From a virus: DNA of 64,000 nucleotides. The notes below the pieces were generated by a model. It worked only from the letters and a program-made list of their open reading frames with translations, ran no database searches and was not told where the DNA came from. Every line of letters starts with the position of its first letter. The first letter of the stretch is position 1. The stretch spans positions 1 to 64,000 of the IMG/VR virus record IMGVR_UViG_3300019776_000961. One strand, 5' to 3'. Both the position numbers and the translations under genes were made by a program. This document shows, piece by piece, positions 8,187-17,304 of this stretch.

Positions 8187-10958
8187 ATGCCTCTACAGAT
8201 AGAGACTCAACCATTTCAGTTTAATAATACCGTAACTGGCTTAAGCAGTGCGGTATTCAATTCTGTTTCTGCTACAGCTCTATCTGGTGCATTCTATGGT
8301 GACGGTTCTAAATTAACAGGTATTAGTACCTATAACGGGTCTGATGTTAAAGCTCTAACAGGTAACTGGCAATCAACCTTTAATACTGTTTCGGCTTTAA
8401 GTGGTAATTGGAATACTGCATATAATATCTCTACAGGTTATCGCTCAGTAAGTTCAACATTTATAACTTTAAGTTCTAATGCAACTCCATTTATTAATAA
8501 TGTATGTCTAGTTAGTTCTAATAATTCTATATCCGGTACTTGTGCGTTTATTAGTTATAACTCCTACGGTTCTCCTGGACAATATGGCACACCACCAAAT
8601 GTATTTTGCAACAATTTAATAGGAGGTGGATCGAACAATATTATACTTGCCTGCGCTGCATCAAGCGGTGGTTATGATAACGGTAACTGTACGACGTACA
8701 ATATTGCAGGCTGTACGATATCGTGTTTAAACTCTATATTAAATGGAACAAATAATACCATACAAAATAATTGCATGGTATATAATGGCTCCGATCAGCC
8801 GTATCGATATTCCGGTACAAACTGTATTATTAATAATTTTATTGGTACAGGAAATAATAATAAAATTACATCTTGTAACTCTACTATATTGAACGGCGTA
8901 TCAGGGTTTATATCTAATAATTCATCGTTTATTGGCAATGGAAGCTGTAATAGTATATTAGCATATTGTGGCGCTTACGATAGCTCACAGACATATTCCT
9001 ATAATTTTATTGGTAACGGTTGTTGTAATAGAACATGTAATAACTATTCATCAGTATTGAACGGTCGTAATAACACATCATCAGGTGCTTATTCAACTAT
9101 ATTAAATGGTAGTTATAATGATGACAGGGGTCTCGCTAATGTAACAATACTAGGTACCGGTATATCTGCAAATAATTCAAATACTGTGTTTGCAAACAAC
9201 ATGTGTGTTACCGGGAGATACTACGGAGATGGCGGTAGTTTAGCAAATATACCTCCTATAATTTATATATGTGCAGATAGAGGCTACGGCTTTAAATACG
9301 ACGGCTGCAATACAATTACAAGTTATAGCTATCCTGGTTATTCAAATATTGAGCGTACATGTTCCGCTATCTTAAACGGTAGACGTAATTGTATTTCCAC
9401 CGGTTCCGCTGAATATCAGATCAAATCATCCGCTACTATTGCGTCAGGTTTATGCAACTCTATTATTGGGTTAAATGCTAATAATTGTACACATAGTCAT
9501 TACAGTACAACAGCTGAACATTCACTCATTGCCGGTGGGTGTTGTAATAACATTCTAGCAACCGGTTGTGGTTATTATTATTATATAGGTTCTTGTCAAC
9601 CTTGTGGTTGGTGTGGTGCTATATCAAATACAAGTTTCTCAACAATTATTAACGGTACCTGTAATAATATAGTAGATGGATGTCTTGTAACAAACTGCAA
9701 CACATCATCAACATATTCAACAATAATAAACGGCGCTAAAAACACTATCTCAAAAAATAGTTCCTTTTCATTAGTTAATGGCTGTTGTAATATAGCGTGC
9801 GGTAATTACAATACTATCCTTAATGGATATAAAAATTCTCTCTCTGGTACAAATAATTTTATTTTAGGCTCTAATATATCAGTTAGTGCTAATAACTATA
9901 CATTCGTTAATAATATCTCCTCACAAGACGCTGGCTTCATAGGAGGCACAACAACTCTTAATAGTAGAGTAAATGTAGGTGGTATAATATCATCTAACTA
10001 TAGTGGCGCTGTTGATTCTACTGTAGTGCTGTCAGGAGGTAATACGAAGGGAGGAGCAGGGTATAATGATTTTTTAAGAGTTTATAATCCTACTGGTGCT
10101 AATAATTTATGGTTCCGTACAAATAGTACAGGTGGATTAGAACTACTTAACAGTGATTATTCAAAGAATATTTACAGTATAAACCAACAGGGTAATATTA
10201 ACATATACGGCAATAATTCCGCTACATCAACAAGCAACGATGGTGTTTCAGGTACAATACGATTTAATAACAACAATAGTCAAATCTATGATGATGGTAA
10301 CATGCACATTCATAGTAGAGGTTCTGGTCAAACAATGTGGGTTAACACCAATGGTGGACAGCTTAGCATAGGTAATCAAATACCTGTAGTAGGTGGTTCA
10401 GTGATGAACGGTATCACTATAGGTTCTTCAACAACTGTTAAAGCATATGTAAGTATCTACGGGAGCAAAACATATTCAATTGGTGCGTATGGTTTTACAG
10501 CTGCAGGCGGTACAGGAACAGGAGGCGGTACAACTGGTAATTTCAGTCTTTATACAGATAGTCGCATACAAGCAGAAGAATTTGATGCAACATCGGATGA
10601 GTGCTTAAAGGACGTAATAAGTACAGTTCCATTAGTATCAGCTATTAACTTTATCAAATCGGTTGATGGTATCTTATATACATGGAAGCCTGATACAACA
10701 AAAGAAGAGAATGATAAAGGAATAAAAGCAGGATTTAGTGCACAACGAGTTCATAAAGCAGGTTTTGACCACATGCTAGGTGCTATACCGAATGATAACT
10801 TATCAGAGGAAGTCGATAGCGATGGATGGGTGCACCCAGATAAAATGCAATTAACAATGGGATATAACCAGGCAATACCTTATCACCATGAAGTTATTAA
10901 GAACCTACTCAATCGTATTGAAGAGTTAGAAGCAACCGTAGCTGAATTAAAGAAATAA
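8187..10958 (+). CDS. Cys-rich tail fibre with C-terminal intramolecular chaperone (peptidase S74-like)
   Basis: I(L/I)NGxxN repeats; TSDECLKD...YTWK...GFSAQRV...terminal coiled coil. Confidence 0.8.
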   Translation: MPLQIETQPFQFNNTVTGLSSAVFNSVSATALSGAFYGDGSKLTGISTYNGSDVKALTGNWQSTFNTVSALSGNWNTAYNISTGYRSVSSTFITLSSNATPFINNVCLVSSNNSISGTCAFISYNSYGSPGQYGTPPNVFCNNLIGGGSNNIILACAASSGGYDNGNCTTYNIAGCTISCLNSILNGTNNTIQNNCMVYNGSDQPYRYSGTNCIINNFIGTGNNNKITSCNSTILNGVSGFISNNSSFIGNGSCNSILAYCGAYDSSQTYSYNFIGNGCCNRTCNNYSSVLNGRNNTSSGAYSTILNGSYNDDRGLANVTILGTGISANNSNTVFANNMCVTGRYYGDGGSLANIPPIIYICADRGYGFKYDGCNTITSYSYPGYSNIERTCSAILNGRRNCISTGSAEYQIKSSATIASGLCNSIIGLNANNCTHSHYSTTAEHSLIAGGCCNNILATGCGYYYYIGSCQPCGWCGAISNTSFSTIINGTCNNIVDGCLVTNCNTSSTYSTIINGAKNTISKNSSFSLVNGCCNIACGNYNTILNGYKNSLSGTNNFILGSNISVSANNYTFVNNISSQDAGFIGGTTTLNSRVNVGGIISSNYSGAVDSTVVLSGGNTKGGAGYNDFLRVYNPTGANNLWFRTNSTGGLELLNSDYSKNIYSINQQGNINIYGNNSATSTSNDGVSGTIRFNNNNSQIYDDGNMHIHSRGSGQTMWVNTNGGQLSIGNQIPVVGGSVMNGITIGSSTTVKAYVSIYGSKTYSIGAYGFTAAGGTGTGGGTTGNFSLYTDSRIQAEEFDATSDECLKDVISTVPLVSAINFIKSVDGILYTWKPDTTKEENDKGIKAGFSAQRVHKAGFDHMLGAIPNDNLSEEVDSDGWVHPDKMQLTMGYNQAIPYHHEVIKNLLNRIEELEATVAELKK

Positions 10959-10959
10959 T

Positions 10960-11868
10960 TTAAACCTCTTTTGAATTGTGATGTTTTAAAAATGTTATAA
11001 GGCTCGCTTTACAATACACCCCAAATTCAAACTCTTTGAATATTGAGCTAGTATTAGTTAGAAATAATTCAAAGCGGGCTTTAAAAATATCAGTGTCAAC
11101 AGCGTATCTAAAAAGAGAATCATCAGTATTATTATTACTATCGATTGGTAGCTTTTTTTGCTCTCTTTTATTCTGACAATAATACTCTGCAGCTGCTAAA
11201 ATAATGCGATTTGGTATATTCTCTAATTTCATTCTATCATTAGAAAGAAATTCTTTTAATTTTTCTGAATCCTTTTTATGCCACTCCGTATACCCGCTTG
11301 ATGTACAGCATTTATTAATAATGTCTTTAATACCACGAAAACGGAAATGATAGAGAGAGTTATTTAAATTCTCTCTCATATGATACGGTCCATTGAAGTG
11401 ATGATAGTTAAAGACTGTTTCTATTCTTGATACTCGATATAACGATTTACCTTGATTGAGATTAAATCCTTTTATATGAACAGATTGCTCGTGCATATTT
11501 TTATATTCAGTAAACAATGACGGAATCATAAACCAGGAAAAGAAATATAAATCACGTTTATCTTCTATAATTTCTTTTATATTTGTATATGCTAGATATT
11601 CATCTGCATCGATCATGAGAACATAATCTTCCTGTATATGTGTTTTTACTACATCAGTAAAAAATGACATCTTTTCTTTTTCATCATCATAATGCTTACA
11701 AGGATAGAAGCTTACATTATAATCTTTCAAGAAAGGTAAACTACCATACAATGGATCACCTATTATATAGAATTTATCAACACCAATTTTAGTGTAATAT
11801 TCTAACCATTGACTGTAAAACGGTAGATCACACTCTGAGATTCTAGAAAAAACTGCTACCGTCTCCAT
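10960..11868 (-). CDS. glycosyltransferase (GT2_4/GT92-like)
   Basis: WLEYYTKIGVDKFYI and MIDADEYL (DxD) motifs. Confidence 0.75.
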   Translation of the reverse strand: METVAVFSRISECDLPFYSQWLEYYTKIGVDKFYIIGDPLYGSLPFLKDYNVSFYPCKHYDDEKEKMSFFTDVVKTHIQEDYVLMIDADEYLAYTNIKEIIEDKRDLYFFSWFMIPSLFTEYKNMHEQSVHIKGFNLNQGKSLYRVSRIETVFNYHHFNGPYHMRENLNNSLYHFRFRGIKDIINKCCTSSGYTEWHKKDSEKLKEFLSNDRMKLENIPNRIILAAAEYYCQNKREQKKLPIDSNNNTDDSLFRYAVDTDIFKARFELFLTNTSSIFKEFEFGVYCKASLITFLKHHNSKEV

Positions 11869-11876
11869 AGAGATAC

Positions 11877-12803
11877 TTAAAGCTGTAAAAATCTCATTGT
11901 ATTATCTAGATAGTTTGTAACAGCCATCAAACCATCGTCGCGTATATCTAAACCATGCGGCATATTGAAACCGGAAATCGATCCTACCTTTTGTAATTTT
12001 TCATCTTCTGTTATACCGAATATCTCCACTTCATCAGTGTATTGGTTTGCAGAGTAAGCTTTACCATTAAATTCAAGCATAGCATCTAAGTGTCCCTTAC
12101 CGTGTATTTTATCTACAATAACCGGTGGTTGTTCTAATATATTCTCAGGCAACCGTAACAAGTAAATTGTACTGTACATATCACCGGGATAACTGCCTGC
12201 CTGTACACCTACAACGTGATTAGTGCGAGCAGGTACTATAGCGTAATTACCAATAAACGCTACATCTTGAGGCTGTTCATCGAATTCTATCTTATGAATA
12301 ATTTGCTTATTTTTATAATCATTGATATAGACAAATTTGTTTCTTGTACCATTATATGTACACCATAAAAGATCCTCACGACCAGGCATAAATCGTACAC
12401 CGTGGTTACCGTAGTTTTTAAAATTCATATCCAACTCTTCAACAAAAACGAGCGTATTATTTTCTATTCTATAGAAGGACTGGGTACCTTGCATGAAGTT
12501 TGAAACTACAATTAACCCGTCTGAATTGATATCCAGCAAGTCGGTCATTGCACGGGTACCGTTACTAGTTATAGTTGGTATTTCTGATAAAATATCCACT
12601 CCGTCTTCTTTTAATTCAGCAAGATAAATCTTTTTTTGATTAAAATCCGCACATACGAATTTTGTATCTGTTAAGAATCTAACAGATGTAAGTCCGGAAT
12701 TTCGTGGTCTATCTTTAATTAAAAAGAATCTTTTTTCTTCAGTAATGTCAAACGTAACGAATTTCTTCCCACATTCTGTAAGATTAAAATTTAATTGTGC
12801 CAT
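11877..12803 (-). CDS. beta-propeller protein (lactonase/YVTN-like)
   Basis: Blade-like repeats (PQDVAF, PHGLDIRDDGLMAVTNY); ATG 12803 avoids overlap with the upstream gene. Confidence 0.6.
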   Translation of the reverse strand: MAQLNFNLTECGKKFVTFDITEEKRFFLIKDRPRNSGLTSVRFLTDTKFVCADFNQKKIYLAELKEDGVDILSEIPTITSNGTRAMTDLLDINSDGLIVVSNFMQGTQSFYRIENNTLVFVEELDMNFKNYGNHGVRFMPGREDLLWCTYNGTRNKFVYINDYKNKQIIHKIEFDEQPQDVAFIGNYAIVPARTNHVVGVQAGSYPGDMYSTIYLLRLPENILEQPPVIVDKIHGKGHLDAMLEFNGKAYSANQYTDEVEIFGITEDEKLQKVGSISGFNMPHGLDIRDDGLMAVTNYLDNTMRFLQL

Positions 12804-12808
12804 AGGTA

Positions 12809-13627
12809 TTACTTTGTATAACCGAATCCTTGCTGATACCAAGCAAAGTTATTATCAATCCAATCACAGATCTGCTTACCGAGGACAGTATTGTAATCAG
12901 GTGTAAGCGGCTGTACCTTCTGACGAATAGTATGAAGGTCGCTTGTTAGACCGTATACAGAGTCATCTTCCTTGACAGTCTGTTCGACATTATCAAAATT
13001 ATGTCTAAACGGAGTAAGACTGAGATACTCATAAATCTTATTCATCTCACGATCCGGATAACTAGTTAAATCTTCTGCTCTAATATAGAGTACTTCTTTA
13101 TTAATACCTTCGAGAAACGTCTGCTGTAGACGTTCAAGAGCCAATCCAACAGGAGGCGAAGCAACCCAAGCATCAATTCTCTTAGCTGTAGATGTACCTT
13201 TCATCTCTGAATGGTTTTGAATCTCCTGATGATATTCTTGACTCTTTCTATAGAGCTTTTCCATGGAAGAGAAGATACTCTTTAGGTTTCTTACCATACA
13301 GATCATCTTCGGCTTTTCATCCATAAATGATTCGAACCAACGATAGTGGATAGTTCCCCCACGCGTTTTAACACAAAGATGAGGTTTATGAGAATATTCT
13401 GCAGCATATCCAAGAAGACCGCCCTTACAGAATCCACGCCAAGTCTTCAGAGCTAACTCTTGATCCATAGCCTTTACTTCTGGTGTATTAGTAAAATTCA
13501 TTCGAGCACCATAAAGATACTCTAGAACAGGATCAGTAGGTGTAGCGCAGATCTCAGGGTTCTGATTGAGAATACACTGGAGTAGTGTACTCATACTACG
13601 AGGCATAGAAGAGTTAAAAAAGATCAT
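12809..13627 (-). CDS. sulfotransferase (Sulfotransfer_3-type)
   Basis: SMPRSMSTLLQCILNQNP PAPS-binding loop, MVRNLKSIFSS, YIRAEDLTSYP. Confidence 0.85.
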   Translation of the reverse strand: MIFFNSSMPRSMSTLLQCILNQNPEICATPTDPVLEYLYGARMNFTNTPEVKAMDQELALKTWRGFCKGGLLGYAAEYSHKPHLCVKTRGGTIHYRWFESFMDEKPKMICMVRNLKSIFSSMEKLYRKSQEYHQEIQNHSEMKGTSTAKRIDAWVASPPVGLALERLQQTFLEGINKEVLYIRAEDLTSYPDREMNKIYEYLSLTPFRHNFDNVEQTVKEDDSVYGLTSDLHTIRQKVQPLTPDYNTVLGKQICDWIDNNFAWYQQGFGYTK

Positions 13628-14562
13628 TAGAATGTAAGTGTATTAGCTGACATATCAAAAAGCAACTCACCAGACTTTGAACCAAGTATTGCTTCAACAA
13701 ATTGATCCTTATCAAATATCTTGTTAACGTCATCATATGGACATTCATGAAACCTACCACCGACCCAATCTGACTCCTCAAGATAGCTATCAATAAAATG
13801 TCTAAATGACTTTGTTTCGGTAGGTAAAATGTTCTTATGTACCTCATGTCCAAATACAACAGGAGAGTTAGCTATCCACCCGACAACAGCCTCTTTATTA
13901 TATGCTGCGGCCGCGTGTTGAATAAGTGAATCAATTCCAAGTATCTTGTCAACAAACGGTATATAGAGAAGTAAATTTCTTACTGTATCAGTAACCTGAA
14001 TTGTACCATTTAATGCAGGCTGATTATCACGCCTTACGTGAAGGATTTTATTAAAATTACCCTTTACAGCATCAATAACTTCTTGAGCAAACACCGGTGG
14101 TAGATCTCTTGACCATGAATAAGGATGCTGTTGACTTTCAGCACCGCCGCTCGATTGAACTAGTAGGATCGGACCCTCCTTGTTAACTTGACGTTCAATA
14201 AACATGAGCTCACGCTGGGTCGGGAAGAGTTCAGGCTTCTTGGTTATACACGGTATACCAAATAAGTCGCACCATATCTCACTCAGATGTTTTCTCTTAT
14301 AAAGGATATCTTCGGTGTGATAAGGTTCAGTTCTAAAGACTTTAGTATCTTTATCACGTATATAATCATCATAGAAGTACGGCAAGAAGCCAAACTTGTA
14401 AACTCTATATACATTTGGATTATGTAAGAAAACTTCAGGCCAGGCTGTTACTACTATTAGTTTTCTATCAGGGTAAGCTGAAACGAGAGATTTGACAACA
14501 GCTGTAGCAATTACGTTTTTGCCAATGCCACCGTCAATATGAAATATCATGTATTGGTCCAT
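13627..14562 (-). CDS. glycosyltransferase, GT9 (heptosyltransferase-like) fold
   Basis: FHIDGGIGKNVIAT...WPEVFLHNPNV...GIDSLIQHAAAA motifs. Confidence 0.75.
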   Translation of the reverse strand: MDQYMIFHIDGGIGKNVIATAVVKSLVSAYPDRKLIVVTAWPEVFLHNPNVYRVYKFGFLPYFYDDYIRDKDTKVFRTEPYHTEDILYKRKHLSEIWCDLFGIPCITKKPELFPTQRELMFIERQVNKEGPILLVQSSGGAESQQHPYSWSRDLPPVFAQEVIDAVKGNFNKILHVRRDNQPALNGTIQVTDTVRNLLLYIPFVDKILGIDSLIQHAAAAYNKEAVVGWIANSPVVFGHEVHKNILPTETKSFRHFIDSYLEESDWVGGRFHECPYDDVNKIFDKDQFVEAILGSKSGELLFDMSANTLTF

Positions 14563-14639
14563 TACTTTAATTTAACATATGCAATGTAAAACTCAAGAAA
14601 AGAGTTGCATTTAATTTTTTATCTTCCTATAACAGGGGT

Positions 14640-15023
14640 ATGATTACGAACATCATCAACACTGCTATCAACAAGCTTATCAATTCAAACAACCCGATGC
14701 TCAATCGCATTGGACTCACGCTGCATATTAACCGAGAAATGCAGACGAATAGAAAAAATCTTATTAGTGCTCCGTTTGATTATGGTTTTTCCGATCAGAT
14801 GAATAATATTCTTGTAGAAATGAACCATATTATGGATGGTGGTTACTATGGCAATAAAGACTATCTTTTTGAGCGTATGAAGTATCTTATTAATCAAGGC
14901 TTTATGCACAAAATGTCTGCTCTTAATACACATACTATATCGGTAAACAATAGGCCATTAAAACAGCTTCGTCCGCGTAATAAAAAGGGTCAATTCATCT
15001 CTACCCATCGTAGGAAGAAGTAA
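14640..15023 (+). CDS. hypothetical early protein, basic C-terminus
   Basis: TTGCAT...TATAAC promoter immediately upstream; C-terminal RPRNKKGQF. Confidence 0.6.
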   Translation: MITNIINTAINKLINSNNPMLNRIGLTLHINREMQTNRKNLISAPFDYGFSDQMNNILVEMNHIMDGGYYGNKDYLFERMKYLINQGFMHKMSALNTHTISVNNRPLKQLRPRNKKGQFISTHRRKK

Positions 15024-15075
15024 TCACATTTGCTTACCTGCCATAAGCTTAAATACTTAAAGGTAGGTAACAATC

Positions 15076-15282
15076 TTGAAAACAAGAAGCTTCCTTATTA
15101 AACTTCATGGCGTTGATTACATGATCGACGTCATAGAAGATATAGAGAACAACAATACAGAGGTATTTGTTGACCGGGAGGATATTGATGAAGGTGAAGA
15201 GCTACCTGATGGTGAGCTTGCTACGGTAATAAGATATTTGATTGCCGAAGGCTTTGTAAAAGGACCTGATCCTATATACTAG
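15076..15282 (+). CDS. small acidic hypothetical protein
   Basis: 68-aa ORF (TTG start) followed by a terminator. Confidence 0.5.
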   Translation: MKTRSFLIKLHGVDYMIDVIEDIENNNTEVFVDREDIDEGEELPDGELATVIRYLIAEGFVKGPDPIY

Positions 15283-15284
15283 GA

Positions 15285-15308
15285 AACCCTCAGCCGAAAC
15301 TGAGGGTT
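15285..15308. terminator. bidirectional terminator between convergent genes
   Basis: Perfect 9-bp stem AACCCTCAG-CCGAAA-CTGAGGGTT. Confidence 0.7.
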
Positions 15309-15333
15309 AACTGTTTTATAACTCTTAAAGAGA

Positions 15334-15519
15334 TTACTTGGCTGTCTTACGGTTGTTCTTTTCTTCCTGAATACGCTTACGCTCGTCACGAGAGAACTTG
15401 ATGATCTCCTGTAGTGCTTTACGTGCTCTTGTGCCTGCTGCGTTGTTACCATTCTGAAACTTTGCTACTTCAGCAACAAAAGTATTGGTAAGAGTAATAA
15501 GTGTGTTTTCTTCGCTCAT
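15334..15519 (-). CDS. histone H1-like nucleoid protein, Hc1 family
   Basis: GNNAAGTRARKALQEI matches the Hc1 core GNKAA(G/A)xRxRK. Confidence 0.75.
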   Translation of the reverse strand: MSEENTLITLTNTFVAEVAKFQNGNNAAGTRARKALQEIIKFSRDERKRIQEEKNNRKTAK

Positions 15520-15559
15520 ATCAACATTTATTAAAACACACCATTAATGCAACGTTCTT

Positions 15560-15829
15560 TTAATGTTTTCGAGATTTAAGCTCTTGCTCTTCTCTTATTT
15601 CTTCACGCTCTACAGTGCCATCTATAAAAGCGCGCCAAGCTATTAGACCCTGGACAACAAAATTTAACGCTATTGTAATCCAGCGTATTAAAGATATATC
15701 ACCTATATGATCGTGCGAGCATGTATAATGTGATAGATCTGATAATAGAGAAGAAAGTGAAGCGACAGAAATATAAAGACACAACTTCACACCCATTCCA
15801 CCGAAAGGAAATTTAAAAGCCTGCATCAT
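15560..15829 (-). CDS. small two-TM membrane protein (89 aa)
   Basis: ATG at 15829 with TAAATA 5 nt upstream; the longer TTG-start ORF would overlap bS21. Confidence 0.55.
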   Translation of the reverse strand: MMQAFKFPFGGMGVKLCLYISVASLSSLLSDLSHYTCSHDHIGDISLIRWITIALNFVVQGLIAWRAFIDGTVEREEIREEQELKSRKH

Positions 15830-15861
15830 AATATTATTTATCAAAGCCTTAAATAATAATA

Positions 15862-16044
15862 ATGCACACAGTTCATGTTCGTCCAAACGAAAATATTGAT
15901 TTTGCTTTGAAGCGTTTAAAGCAAAAGATGGACTCTGATTATGTTCTCGATGAAGTTCGCAATAGAAGAGCATTTGAAAGTAAGGGACAAAAGCGTAAAC
16001 GTAAGGAAAAAGCTCTTTCACGTAAAATTAAATTAAAGAGATAA
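15862..16044 (+). CDS. rpsU: ribosomal protein bS21
   Basis: VHVRPNENIDFALKRLKQK...EVRNRRAFESKGQKRKRK fits the bS21 pattern and size. Confidence 0.85.
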   Translation: MHTVHVRPNENIDFALKRLKQKMDSDYVLDEVRNRRAFESKGQKRKRKEKALSRKIKLKR

Positions 16045-16086
16045 TTTGCTTGACTTCTATTTAGAAGACTTTATTATATTGGTATT

Positions 16087-16293
16087 ATGAGTCATCTTAC
16101 CAATAATAGTCCTAAAGTAATAAAGACAGGCGCTTCTTGGCAGCGATCAAAATTTACTCAACGTCCAAAGGGACTTACTAATGAGGAATGGGCTGCAATG
16201 CTAAAGGAGAATAAATTTAATAAGCTCATCGTACTTAATAAAGTTCCGAAAGTATCGAGAGCTACCGGTAATCGCAAATCTAACAACGAATAA
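16087..16293 (+). CDS. basic hypothetical protein
   Basis: 68-aa ORF after a TTGACT...TATTAT promoter. Confidence 0.55.
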   Translation: MSHLTNNSPKVIKTGASWQRSKFTQRPKGLTNEEWAAMLKENKFNKLIVLNKVPKVSRATGNRKSNNE

Positions 16294-16294
16294 T

Positions 16295-16681
16295 ATGCTA
16301 CAAACACATAAGACAGTTAAGTCGCGTACTGAGTATTATATCGAAATGACCGATGAAGAGAAGCAGTACGCAGGATGGAAGGATAATCAAAGATTTGAAT
16401 GTAAGCTTCAAGATGATGGAAGTATTTTTTTGAGCCCTTGGAAGGAAGTTGATTTGGGAGATATTTCTGAATTGCCGAGAGAGGTTCTTGAGATGCTCGT
16501 TCTCGAATCTTTGGAACAAGATCTTCCCGTTAATCAGATTATTAACGATCTTTTAAAGCAGACACTAGCTGATTTTAAGAATAACGATCTTACAAAAGGT
16601 GAGATCGATCCGAATTTCACTAACAATGATATCGGCTTACCAGGAGGACAATTAAACGAATATATACCTTCAGAGGAATAA
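16295..16681 (+). CDS. hypothetical protein, possible AbrB/MazE-like N-terminus
   Basis: 128 aa; RFECKLQDDGSIFLSP resembles the swapped-hairpin fold. Confidence 0.45.
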   Translation: MLQTHKTVKSRTEYYIEMTDEEKQYAGWKDNQRFECKLQDDGSIFLSPWKEVDLGDISELPREVLEMLVLESLEQDLPVNQIINDLLKQTLADFKNNDLTKGEIDPNFTNNDIGLPGGQLNEYIPSEE

Positions 16682-16689
16682 AAATTTAC

Positions 16690-16784
16690 CCACCTGTAGT
16701 TTAATGGTAGAACCCCTGTTTTATACACAGGTTTAGCTGGGCGACACTGGCAAAGTGCAGGTTCGAATCCTGCCAGGTGGACCA
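16690..16784 (+). tRNA. tRNA with UAU anticodon (nominally Ile) and long variable arm
   Basis: CCACCTG/CAGGTGG acceptor, CCTGT-TT TAT AC-ACAGG anticodon arm, 25-nt variable region, TTCGAAT T-loop, ACCA end. Confidence 0.85.
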
Positions 16785-16968
16785 TTTAAAGTTTATGAAA
16801 ACGATAGGAAAAATAGCACTACTAGCAATTGCGTTCTGGGGTGGGCTCACGCTCGGAGCGCGTGGTATAGCGCAAGAGGCAGCTCAACATCATGCAGGTA
16901 GGTTTGTTGTTAACCAATCAACAGGCCAGACTGTCTTTAAATGGAATGACGAGAGTGTAAATTACTAA
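16777..16968 (+). CDS. small membrane-anchored hypothetical protein
   Basis: Probable ATG ~16795; hydrophobic N-terminus. Confidence 0.5.
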   Translation: MDHLKFMKTIGKIALLAIAFWGGLTLGARGIAQEAAQHHAGRFVVNQSTGQTVFKWNDESVNY

Positions 16969-17304
16969 ATGAATCAAGATTATCTTTTCGAATTAAAGCT
17001 CAAGAACGGTAGGCATGTTATCCGTTTAGAGAAAGCAGGAAACGAAAAGCGTAAGTTCTTGTATCATAGTACATACACAATAAGAGAGAACGGTGTAGAG
17101 TTTAGACTGACACAGTATTACTTCTTTAAACATAAACTCTACTGCTATACAAAGATACGTGAAATACCAATTCCTGTTGAAGAGATACGTATTGATCCAA
17201 ATCCTTCAGTAGAGAAGATGTTATCTCAAATGGGTAGAAAGCTTATGGATCAGTATATGGATCTTATACAGAAGAAAATACAGGAGGCAAAAGAAACAAA
17301 ATGA
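16969..17304 (+). CDS. hypothetical protein
   Basis: 111-aa ORF abutting its neighbours. Confidence 0.65.
   Translation: MNQDYLFELKLKNGRHVIRLEKAGNEKRKFLYHSTYTIRENGVEFRLTQYYFFKHKLYCYTKIREIPIPVEEIRIDPNPSVEKMLSQMGRKLMDQYMDLIQKKIQEAKETK

Noticed and set aside
15830-16021. N-terminal extension of the 153-aa minus-strand ORF overlapping bS21
   Set aside because: TTG start antisense to bS21; the ATG at 15829 has its own TAAATA at the typical 5-nt spacing.
16690-16784. Selenocysteine tRNA (suggested by the long variable arm)
   Set aside because: Anticodon is TAT, not TCA; standard 7/5 acceptor/T-stem; no sel genes in the window.
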